Below are positions 26,601 to 38,600 of a DNA stretch of 64,000 nt, in pieces. The notes under the pieces were generated by a model. The model saw nothing but the letters and a program-made list of their open reading frames with translations, did not search any database and had not been told where the DNA came from. Position 1 is the first letter of the stretch; each line of letters starts with the position of its first letter. Origin of the DNA: Podarcis vaucheri (taxonomy: Eukaryota). The stretch lies in NCBI GenBank assembly GCA_965113315.1, contig OZ220379.1. One strand, given 5' to 3'. A program made the translations under genes and the position numbers.

Positions 26601-29600
26601 ACAGACAATGAAAAGATACAGCAAGAAATAAAAAGAATTTTAAGTTGGACAATTGGAGAAGCAATGGGGGAGGGTTCAGAAAGAACTTCACCACATCCTT
26701 CGCAGCTTCTTTGCAAAGCAAGTATGTCAGAGTTTCACTTGGGCTCCCATTCCAAGCACCCAGTTCAAAGGAGCGTTGGTTTTCACACCTGAACTGAATA
26801 TTAAGTCCTGTGAATCTTAGTGGTTTCAAACTTCAAGTGCAACTTTCCAAAGTTTAATATAAGCAGCTGCCACCAATTCGGATGCTAGATGTGGCAATTA
26901 TGAACATACATCATGCCCATGGTATCTGTCATCCTCAGAATAACCCTTGCTGATATTTTGTAGATTTCTTACTGGTATACTAACAACAAGTATTGTAGAT
27001 CTTTCACGGTCATAGTTGTATGTTTATTTATAGGTACAGAATAAGAGCCTTATAGGGTTATAAGCAATGAATATCATGCTAATTTCTTCAACACTACTAT
27101 CAGGAGATTTCTTGCCCCTTCCTACTTGCATAGTGAACTGCATTATCTTTTTCTTGGCTTTGTGCACTGTAAAGACGGACAATTCTGTCACCACCACACA
27201 AGTTCCTTGAAGGCTACTTATTGCCATGGACATCGTATAGAAGAATTACTGCCTAGAATATAAAGTGCAAATGTTCCAGAGGGGCAGCTGTGTTAACAGT
27301 GCAAACCTTTGCATGTTTTGCTTCTGAGTCTCACAATGTCCCCAATGGGTAAACATTCCAATGCCGGCCTGAGGACAGGACTGTTACTGCAGAAACAAGG
27401 AGGAGGTTTGTGACACATTAAACGAAGACCTATCGTGGCACAATCTTCCACGGACAAGAGCCCACTTCATCACTGCATGCATGTAAAATTGTTCTGAAAG
27501 AGCTGCACTGGCTGTCAGATACTGAGCAAAGTTTGAGGTTTAAGTACAGGCTTATAAAGCCTTAAATAACCAGGTGATTTGAGCGAATTTCATTCTCCCA
27601 CAATGACCAATCTGATTGCTGTGAACTGTGGAAGCATCCCTCTTAACCAGACCACAGCCTTCAGATGTCTACCTCAAAGGGGTGCAGGATTTCACCATGT
27701 GGCACCTCCCTTACAAGTTGATCTCCCTCTGGAGCAGGCCACTGATTATTGGGTTTTTATTCAGGTAGGTAGCCACGTTGGTCTGACGCAGTCGAAATAC
27801 AGTGGTGCCTCGCAAGACGAAATTAATTCGTTCCGCAATTCTCTTCGTCTTGCGGTTTTTTCGTCTTGCGATGCATGGTTTCCCATAGGAATGCATTGAA
27901 AATCAATTAATGCGTTCCTAGGGAAACCGCCTTCAGACCAGGTCCGGGGACAGTCTGTCCCCGGACCTCTTCTGAAGGCTGGGGGGGGGGACAAGGGCTT
28001 TTCTTCCCACCCCCAGCATTTTAAAAAACCCTGGGACAGCGGAGGACTTCTCCGCTGTCCGGGCGATCTTAAAATGCTGGCGGGCGGCATTTTAAAATCG
28101 CCCCGGACAGCGGAGGACTTCTCCGCTGTCAAGGGCGATTTAAAAGCCCCTGGGAAGGCAGGCAGGGGGGACAAAGACTTTTGCCCCCCGCCAGCCTTCA
28201 GAAGAGGTCCTGGGGGCAGCGGGAAGCGAAGCGCTTCGCTTCCCCGCTTCCCCCCGACGTCTTTTGCAGCAAGGGGCTGCGGGGAGATCGCTATCTCCCC
28301 GCAACCCCTTGCTTCAGAAGAGGTCCTGGGGGCAGCGGGAAGCGAAGCGCTTCGCTTCCCCGCTTCCCCCGGTCTTTTGCAGCAAGGGGCTGCGGGGAGA
28401 TCGCTATCTCCCCGCAACCCCTTGCTTCAGAAGAGGTCCTGGGGGCAGCGGGAAGCGAAGCGCTTCGCTTCCCCGCTTCCCCCCGACGTCTTTTGCAGCA
28501 AGGGGCTGTGGGGAGATCGCTATCTCCCCGCAACCCCTTGCTTCAGAAGAGGTCCTGGGGGCAGCGGGAAGCGAAGCGCTTCGCTTCCCCGCTTCCCCCA
28601 GTCTTTTGCAGCAAGGGGCTGCAGGGAGATCGCTATCTCCCCGCAACCCCTTGCTTCAGAAGAGATCCTGGGGGCAGCGGGAAGCGAAGCGCTTCGCTTC
28701 CCCGCTTCCGCCCGACGTCTTTTGCAGCAAGGGGCTGCGGGGAGATCGCTATCTCCCCGCAACCCCTTGCTTCAGAAGAGGTCCTGGGGGCAGCGGGAAG
28801 CGAAGCGCTTCGCTTCCCCGCTTCCCCCGGTCTTTTGCAGCAAGGGGCTGCGGGGAGATCGCTATCTCCCCGCAACCCCTTGCTTCAGAAGAGGTCCTGG
28901 GGGCAGCGGGAAGCGAAGCGCTTCGCTTCCCCGCTTCCCCCGGTCTTTTGCAGCAAGGGGCTGCGGGGAGATCGCTATCTCCCCGCAACCCCTTGCTTCA
29001 GAAGAGGTCCTGGGGGCAGCGGGAAGCGAAGCGCTTCGCTTCCCCGCTTCCCCCGGTCTTTTGCAGCAAGGGGCTGCGGGGAGATCGCTATCTCCCCGCA
29101 ACCCCTTGCTTCAGAAGAGGTCCTGGGGGCAGCGGGAAGCGAAGCGCTTCGCTTCCCCGCTTCCCCCGGTCTTTTGCAGCAAGGGGCTGCAGGGAGATCG
29201 CTATCTCCCTGCAACCCCTTGCTTCAGAAGAGGTCCGGGGGCAACGGGAAGCGAAGCGCTTCTTCCCCGCTTCCCCCCGACGTCTTTTGCAGCAAGGGGC
29301 TGCGGGGAGATTGCTATCTCCCCGCGGCCCCTTGCTTCAAAAGAGAAGACCCGCTGTCCCCGGGGGCAAGCTTCGTTTTGCGAAGCAAGCCCATAGGGAA
29401 ATTCGTCTTGCGAGGCAACTCGAAAACGAAAAAACCTTTCGTTTTGCGAGTTTTTCGTCTCGCGAGGCGTTCGTCTTGCGGGGTACCACTGTACTGTATT
29501 TTTTGCACCATAACACTCACTTTTTTCCTCCTAGAAAGTAAGGGAAATGTATGTGCGTGTTATGGAGGGAATGCCTACGGGTGGCGGGGGGGGGGGGATC

Positions 29601-32600
29601 TGCTGCAGTCCTGAGCAGAGGATCCATGGTTCCCCTTCCTTCCCTCCTCTGTGGCTCGCTTTGAAACAGCAAAGCAGGAGAAGAGCCGCTGAGTGGAGAG
29701 GAGAGAGGGACAGAGACCCTGCTTGCTTTAAAGGAGCAAAGCGGGAGAGGAGAGGAGCCGCTTACACAAGTGTAAGCGGCTCCTCTCCGGTTGGTTCCTT
29801 TAAAGCAAGCAGGCTGTCTGTTCCTCTCTCCTCCCCACTCAGCTCGCTACATAGCAGCAAAGTTTTTCAGCTCGCTAAGCCGGGGAGGAGCAGGGAGGAG
29901 GGAGAAAAGCAGAGCCTGCTTGCTTTAAAGGAGCAAAGTGGGAGAGGAGAGGAGCCTTCTCCCCTTATACCCCTCTTCTTCATTATTAGCAGCATCCTTC
30001 TCCACCCAGGCGTGTTCCTTCTCCCCTTAAACCCCTCTTCTGCATTATTAGCAGCATCCTTCTCCACCCACCCCACGCATGTTCCTTCTCCCCTTAAACC
30101 CCTCTTCTGCATTATTAGCAGCATTCTTCTCCACACACCCCACGCGTGCTCCTTGTCCCTTGAGTGCTTTTCCTTCCCTCCCCACTTAAAACGTGGTTAC
30201 AAAGCACGGATCCACATGGATCCTCAGGATTTTTGCACTGGGTCACCCCAAATTCACCATCAGATCACATAGCATGTCCATGGCTACATCTTGCACCAAA
30301 AAAAAATCACACACCCACTGTTGCCTGGGGCCGCAGTGGTGCAAAAACATGGTTACAAAGCATGGATCCACATGGATCCTCAGGATTTTTGCACTGGGCT
30401 ACTCCAAACTCACTGTCAGATCACATGTCTGTGGCCACAGCATGAACCACAAAACTCATACATCCACTGTTTCGTTTAGAATATTTTTTTTTCTTGTTTT
30501 CCTCCTCTAAAAACTACGTGCGTGCTATAGAGCGAAAAATACGTATATAAAAAAATTGTCCAGTAGCACCTTAGAGACCAACTAAGTTTGTTCTGGGTAT
30601 AAGCTTTTGTGTGCATGCACACTTCTTCAGACACACTGGTTTTTTATTGTTATTGTTAAATGTCCTATAAACTGCTTTTGTATTTATTTGAAATGAAAGG
30701 TAGTATGCAAATAATAGAAATCTATCTTCTGTGTGCATGCGCATATATGTTTAAATTCATGCACATAGAGAAAAGTTACAGAACGGCCATGGGAGAAAAT
30801 AAAATTGCAAAACAAGGGTGGCCAACCTGTGACTCTCAAGGTATTGTTTAACTACAACTTCTGTCAGTACCAGCTACCATAGCCAGTGTGCAGAGATGAT
30901 GAGAGTTGTAGCAACTTGTAGTAAAGAGTGGAAGCAACCGGAAGAGGCATCATGGCATTTCTATGGAAAGCTAAATGTATGCTAGATAAGCACAGTGGCC
31001 ATTCAGAACATCAGTATTTGGAGATGATATAAGCTCTTTCCAGGCATTATGCCTGAACAGATAATGCCAACTTGAGCAGGGAGCAGCAGCAATATGTGTC
31101 GTACCAGCACTACCCAAAAGGTTCCTGCATTGGTGGGATAGCTTCAAGGGGTTCTGAAGTGTTTCCAGGAAAGATGTCTTAGGTTTAGTCCCCTGCTGTG
31201 AGGTAGAAAGGAGTGTGGCTCAAGAACAAACTAATTTGCCTAGCCATTGACTGCCAGCTCACATCCAAAATATGGCCACTGTCTGCACAATCTATGCACA
31301 CTTAATACGGGACATCATCTGCAGCAACACTGTGATTGGTGATTGCGAGACAGTTCCTAGGGGTTCTGAGTGGCTGTCATCATTAATACGTTCCCTCATT
31401 TTTCTACTGCTGTTAATTGTGCTTGGACATTTCTTTGGGGACAGCATAAGATTCCAATTATTTACACTGATCTAAGCTCCCGCATAGCAACAGTCGTATT
31501 AGCCGAAACGTAAGTTTGCCCTGCTTGTGCTTCTTGGTTCAGACTTGCCTTACGTGTCAGTCATATTTCATACATGCAGTATTAATCCTCATGATCCAAC
31601 TTAATATGTGAAACGCTCAGATAAAGCTAAAATCACAACGTTTTAAACCTTTAGCAGCAGACTCCTGCTGACCTGTCAGACTTAACTCTAATTAAAAAGT
31701 GAAAGTTAGGCTTCAAACTTTTGTCAGTTTCGGGCATTTAGCCTCTCAAATTAATTGCTTATGTTACTAATCATATTGATGTTTTGTGACTTGCAGCAGA
31801 GACTGAGAACTCTTTGACCCAATGCTAATTAGAGATGTGCAATTTTTAAATAATGTCCATAACAGAAGTCAAAAGGCATTGAGATAGTCTGCGTAAACAG
31901 TACATTCTAAACTTTTTTCATAATGCGCAAAACATACTACAAAAAGCAAACCATTTAATGTTGCACCATAATCGTTATCATGGGAATGCTCACAAGCCCT
32001 TTATAAAAACACTGCACACATACCTAGTTCTGGCCACATCCAAGTCTTTTTGTGTTAGTTCAGTCTGCTTAACACCCAGCTGAGATGCCAGATCATTGCA
32101 TTTGCTGTGTAAGGTTTCCATTTGCCCACTTGCCTCTGTTAAATCAGCTTCCAAATTCTGGAAAACATATATTATGCTATAGACAAAATTAAACAAGAAA
32201 TGAAAGGATGCACATCATTATAACAGGATCAAAAATAGTATCGATTTTTGCGCCTTTTTAAGAAAACAACACCCTGCTCTTCTGTATTTAGAAAACTCCA
32301 AGCTGCGTAAAAGAATTTTTAAAAAAAATGTAATTCAAATTACTAAAATCAGCCATAACCAACAGCAGGATAAAACAATTCAACATCAATAGGGAGGTGG
32401 AACTTCAACTCACACTAAAAGCTTAGCAAACTAAAATGGTATCTGCAGCTAGATTAAATAATAGTGTGGGCAGTAAAACAACCCTCATCACATCATGGAA
32501 GCTTGGCTCTTTGATTTAAGTTCTGTCTACCAAGAAAACTCTGCAACTCCAATTAATTCATAGATAATTAGTTACCGGATCAAACTAAGAATGGCAAACT

Positions 32601-35600
32601 CATGGCTCAAAAGTTTCATGTGGGTGCCAAAAAAGAGCTGCTGTAGATGGTGGCTTTTTGTTGTAAATGAAATTAACATAGCCTTTTTGCTGCAGAGCCA
32701 AAACTGCTTAATACAGGTCTGCTATTCACAATGCAATGATAGCATCCACTTCAAAAAATTAAAAGTAACATCATCACACACAAATTCAGAGCATAACATC
32801 AGCTCATAGAATCATAGAAGTGGAAGGGACCACAAGGGTCATCTAGTTCAATCCCCTGCAATGCAGGAATATTTTGCCCGACGTGGAACTCGAATCCATG
32901 ACCCAACTCTACCAACTGAGCTATTCATTTTTAATGTGATACCTGACCATGTAGACACGTGTGTTTTTACAGAAGTCATTTCCAAAGCTAGAAGGTTAAA
33001 ACCACAATGTTCCTTCCATGAGGAGAAGGACTCTCTCTGTTTGTGGGAAGGTTGCAGAGGGAATCAGCAAAAATCACTTCCTCCCTTGCTTCCTCTAGTA
33101 GGAACACCCCATGAGCAAAGTTCATGGGAACTCTGCATCCAACCTGTAGGAAGAAGCAGTAGTAGACAGATGTGGCACAAAGATTTTTGTTGTGGATTTG
33201 ACTACTGATGCAAAATTAGCATTGGAAATACAGTATCTGGCACTTTTTAAAAAAAAGGGGAAACAGGGGAGCCTTAAGTAGTACCAACAAGTAGTTCAAC
33301 AAGAATGGTGCATCTGGACACCACTGAGATCTGTCACTAGACAAATTTTGGAAAACCTTTTTTTTTTTTAACAAGGTACAAGCTATCCATGAGAAAACTT
33401 AGAAGTGGAGCAATAAACCCTCTCCACCACCACCCATAATCAGATCACATAAATAAGATCAGTATGGATGCACCCAGAGTAGACTGTATTTAATGAATAA
33501 CTGCTAAATGAAATCATCACACATTATTTCTCAATGGTTTCTGAAATGTTATTGGCCTTGTTAAGTTTGCTGGACATCACATAAGAACAAGTCACTGTTG
33601 TGAACTGATATAAAGTCTTCTGGTTTGGGCTTCTTATCTTGACTCACAATAAGGAATTATGTCTTGCTTGGTTCAGGTGGGACTTATGGAAAGCTGAGGT
33701 GCATCAGGCATAAGGATGCACAGACTCATGGGTTCTTGATGCTCTAGATGCTGACAGTGTCAACTGGCCAGAGGTTCTACCAAGTGCCCCTAGAAAAAAA
33801 GAAAAAATCCCTTTTTCCTCCCTGATTCCACCATATTTCTTACTGTTCCCCGACCACCATCATACACACACCTTGCCATGAGGCTATAGAGTTTCCATAT
33901 TTCTAGTAACTGCACTAGTTAAAAGGTACGGGCATTAGATTTGGGTTCTCCACAGTTTAGAGAACAGCTGGCTACAGGAAACACTAAAGCATGGAGTCTG
34001 TTGCTAATTTCTAGTGGTCATGACTCTTACCTATTCCAGGGCCACAGAACAGTAGAGAGATTTTCTCATCGTTTATTATGAAAAAGGTTACAGTAGTGTG
34101 AGAATGCGATCAATGTGAATTGATTGCCTCCTTGGAGCTTGCTTTAATGAGCCGGTCATGTATACACAGATAAATGTATACATCTTCTTTTACAAATGAG
34201 CAGGCAATGGGGTCAGGCATTTTGTGAAAACCTCTAATATCGTAAATAGTTCAAATTGCAGAATTCCATTCTGGGAAATAGTCTGCTAAAGTAAAAGAAG
34301 CTTACTGATTTAGATCTCTAGGTTGTCAAGCATATTAACAAGGGGAAAACATCAGCAGAGCTGATAAAACTTCAGATGTCCCAAAAACACAAAATAAGGA
34401 ATGTGACTGGTGAGGAACTCTGAAAAAATCCATCCAACATAGCATTCAAAGCATGCTAATGTAGAAGTTCCTTCAAATTACACTGTTTCTTCCTGGAATT
34501 GTTTTCCCATATAAAGGAACAGGTTTCCAAATGACTGTCATGTACACATAAGAGCAGAGACTGTGCACAAGGAGGAAAGCTGACGAGAGATCTAGAAACT
34601 AAGTACTGAGAATCAAGGGTTGTGTACGTTCAGTCTGGAGAAAGAGACAATTAAGAGGAGACAGGATAGCCATCTTCAAATATCTGAAGGGCTGTTATAT
34701 GGATGATGCAGCAAATGTGTTTTCTATTGCTCCAGAGCCTGCTGGATCTCTCTTCTCCACCTGTTTGGGGAAGCTGGGGAAGCTTCTGGAGGCCCATAAG
34801 AATTTCCATCTTGGAGTTCAGTTCTTTGACCTGTTGCTCTAAGGGAGTCATTTGGTTCTTTCAGGTTTTGCATAGTCCATGAGAGAGCCTTGTATGGCTT
34901 CTTTCAGTTTCAATTCAAGTTCCTCCAGGTTATGTTTTGGTACTGTTGCGTATTCACTATCTGGGGAACTTGTCTCTTTGGTTTCTGTCTTTCCCTAAAT
35001 CGATGCCATTTTGGTCTTCTTGTTGACCTTGGACTAGATCTTGTGTGGTGTCGATCTGCGGCTGGGTAGTTTGGTAGGTTTCTTTGTGATTGTTAAGAGG
35101 TCATTCAGACTGTGTTGCTTGATGGCTTTCTAACCCTAACCCTAGGTTAGGGAGAGCCAGTGTGGTGTAGTGGTTAAGAGTGGTAGACTCATAATCTGGT
35201 GAACCAGGTTCGTGTCTCCCCTCCTCCCCATGCAGCTGCTGGGTGACCTTGGGCCAGTCACACTTCTCTGAAGTCTCTCAGCCCCACTCACCTCACAGTG
35301 TTTGTTGTGGGGAAGGTAGGGAAAGGAAAATGTTAGCAGCTTTGAGACTCCTTCAGGTAGTGATAAAGCGGGATATCAAATCCAAACTCCTCCTCTTCTT
35401 CTAAGAGCTCCGGGGATCAAGCGGCCATTATTCTTGAAGTCAGGCTTGTGTCTTTCCGTTGGTAAGCTGGGTAACTGAGTGGTCTGAGTTCCCCACGAAA
35501 ATCTGTGTCAGAGTGTTCTATAGGTCACGGTTCTGGGGTCAGCTTGAGCAGCAGCCATCACCACTCTCTCCTTCTCCTTTCATAAAATACTTTACTGATA

Positions 35601-38600
35601 ATACTGAAGAATGGCAACTACCAAAATCACAGATTAGACTTTGGAAAATTTAACTCGATTAATCTGTTCTGGAGGAGGGAAGGGGGCAAGTTGGGATTTT
35701 GTTTTTGTATCCTTTTCTCTCTCTTTTTGTAATTGTTCTATACTGGAAATCAATAAAACTATGTATTTAAAAGACGAGGCCGGCAGAGGGGAAGCTGGTG
35801 GGAGCGACAGGAGCAGCAACAGCAACATTTCAAGGCATTTGTGGTATTGGTTTTAGGACAAAAGGGAAGCTGAAGTTATCAAAGAGACAAAGTAGGGGAT
35901 GCACAGAACGGATTGAGTTGAAAGAGGGGAAAACAGACAGAAAAGATGAAGTGAAGAAAGCCAAAGAAGAGACAAGACATGAGAAATGGTGATAGAAAGA
36001 AAAAGATTTAGGAGGCAAAAGAGCATAAGAGCAGGAAGAAATGAGGAGGGAGCAAAACAAGGGAACTAGTTTGAAGAGGCAGAGAGAGTGCAAAAGGTGG
36101 GACTTTGGGAGAAGCAAGGTGAGTGAGAAGGAGATTAGAAGAAGCAATTGAGGGGTTCAGGAGACAGCTAGGGAGTAATTAGGGAAATGTGAGGAATAGT
36201 ACAAGGTGAAACCTAGGTCACTGACACTCACCCATCGACACAGCCACACTCCTCATGCAATAGTCATTTTTTCTCCACAAAGAGCCTTGGGAAATGCAGT
36301 TCTGAGATTGGGACTAGGAATCTATTAAAGAATTATCCGCAGCAGCACCAAACTACAATTCCCAGGATTCTAGGGGGCAAGTCTCATAAAATGCACTGAC
36401 ACACGTCTGAAATATAGATTATGTCCAGAGAAATAGCAAGATTCACTCAACAACTGCACCATGCCTTAGCAACAAATCTCTATGAGAAAAATACAAGGGT
36501 TTAAAGTGCCTAATTTATAAAGCATTCACAGCTTATCTATCTGTGGATGTCTCATTTGTGCAAAAGCAACAAATATGCTATAGCTATGTAAGTGGCATTT
36601 AGTCTTAATAATTTCGATCTCACAGAAGTCTAGATACATCACACAACATATTGCTATAGATATGCATAAACAGACGCCGAACTCTGTATATGTGAGACAT
36701 CCTAACAAAATGGAAGAGTCAGCATATTTATCATAATCACTCCAAAGAGTTGTCTGTTTGTTCTGAAAGCAAGATGATACAATATAAAAACTCAACATGC
36801 ATGGAGCTCTCTAAAGAATGATAGAAATGTATTGCAAAGTTTAAGAACAATTAATTACAACATTCTGTAATTCATGATGTTAACATTAGAGAAATGAAAT
36901 GACCACTGCAAACCTTTGCACACTTACCATTGATTGCAGTGGGTCATACTTCCAAGTAAACCTGTTATGGCTGGTGACTGCTGGGAACAGAATGACCCAC
37001 CTTTGGGTCAGATCATTTTTATGCACAGGACTGGGCTACCAATCTCACCGAGGGGAGAAATCTTGGATAGGATAATTTCTATTTATTTTATTTTTAAAAA
37101 AAACCTACATGTTTATATTTGAATGAAATATCTTTTATTATTTAATGATTACATTTTAGGGTGGCTATTTGAAGTCAGCTTCCTGCTTTGCAACATCAAT
37201 TTTTAAAAAGCTTTGGGTCTTAAGTGAAGGAATGTAAATGAATGTCAGTCCCCATTGGTACTTATGAATATATAACTTGTTATTTAAAGAAAATAACATG
37301 TAGCATAAAGCCTGTGAGAAGCTGGTGCCGAAATCACATCCAGGAGTCTCTTCCTCCTCATACCTTTATTTTTGCTTCGATGCCAGATTTTTCTATTCTC
37401 CATTGTGCCTCCCGCTTCCTCAGTTTCTCCAGGTCATTTAGCAGGTCAGCATAGCGTGTACTTAATCCCTCATTTTCCTCCTCCAGGTTTTTTATAACCA
37501 GTCTGCTTTGCTCTTCCTTTCTCAGTGCACACTCCTTAGTGTCCTGTACAACAGTACCACAAGGGCCGATAAACAAAAACAAAACCAAGGAAAAAGGGAA
37601 AGGAAAGGGGGGGGGGAGAAAAGTGAGAACTAATCAGCAAATATAAACTGTGCAGTTTTACCCTCGCAGCAGCTTCTTCTATATTTGATGGCCAAGGTCA
37701 CCTGTGTACTTTTATTGGCCTCTTTCATGCAGGTGGAAGGGTCATATTTTTTAGCTGGATGACAGCTTTGATGAGTACACATTTGCAAAGAGCCCATTAA
37801 TTGATCAAGCTGCCTTTGATGCTGTCCCCAGCTATTTTTGAGACCCACACAGACATATCCTCCCAGACCTCGGCTTTATCAATTAATAATGCCAGTCCCA
37901 TCAGAATCTAATTACACGAAGCCACATCTTCACACTCCTACTTTCTTTGCTCCATTTCCATCATTAACTATTTATTCAAAAGTTACAAAGCGTGGATTCT
38001 TCACTTTAAAGCATCTTTCTCCGAGTTTTGCGCGTGAGAGAAGACTGGAAGGTACAGCCTAAGGCCTAAGGCTATATTTCCTCTGAGCTTGTCACTTTCC
38101 ATGCCACAAAGACAGATGCAGCTCAAAGAGCTACTTCAAAGCTGTGGCCATCTTAGTACTATGTACGAGTCAATATACCTTAAGTTCCTGGATTTTATCT
38201 TTACATTTCTGTTGGAAGATGCAGAGCTCTGTCTTCAAGACTGCGTTTTCCTCATCCACAGCAAGCTTTCTCTGTACCAGGTTGTTTATCTCCTCTTGTT
38301 GCCCACATGTTCTCTAAGAAAGATTGTTTAACAATAATGATGATAATGTGAAAATCAACACATTTCAAAATTTCATTTTCCAGGCAGCAAAACATTTGCA
38401 ATTTTATCTAATCTGCCTGTACCTGCAGCACAGTTTTGTGACAAACACAAACATTTTATCATTAACCAAACCAATTATTATATTACTATTTGGCATATAA
38501 AAAAGAGAGGGATTTGAAACTATTGCCTGGATGTAAGGATCCATCACATCATAAATTTGTGCAAATGAGGAAGATTTTTGTTTTGCTGAAGAAGATTAAA

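Noticed and set aside
28195-29340. CRISPR-like array or hammerhead-containing satellite
   Set aside because: There are no unique spacers or cas genes, and the context is vertebrate. The minus-strand unit has CTGAAGC-stem-GCAAAA, which does not satisfy the CUGANGA/GAAA hammerhead core.
28074-29614. 440/477/425-aa ORFs and the repeated 79-80-aa minus ORFs as protein-coding genes
   Set aside because: They are translations of a stop-free GC-rich tandem repeat inside a non-autonomous transposon.
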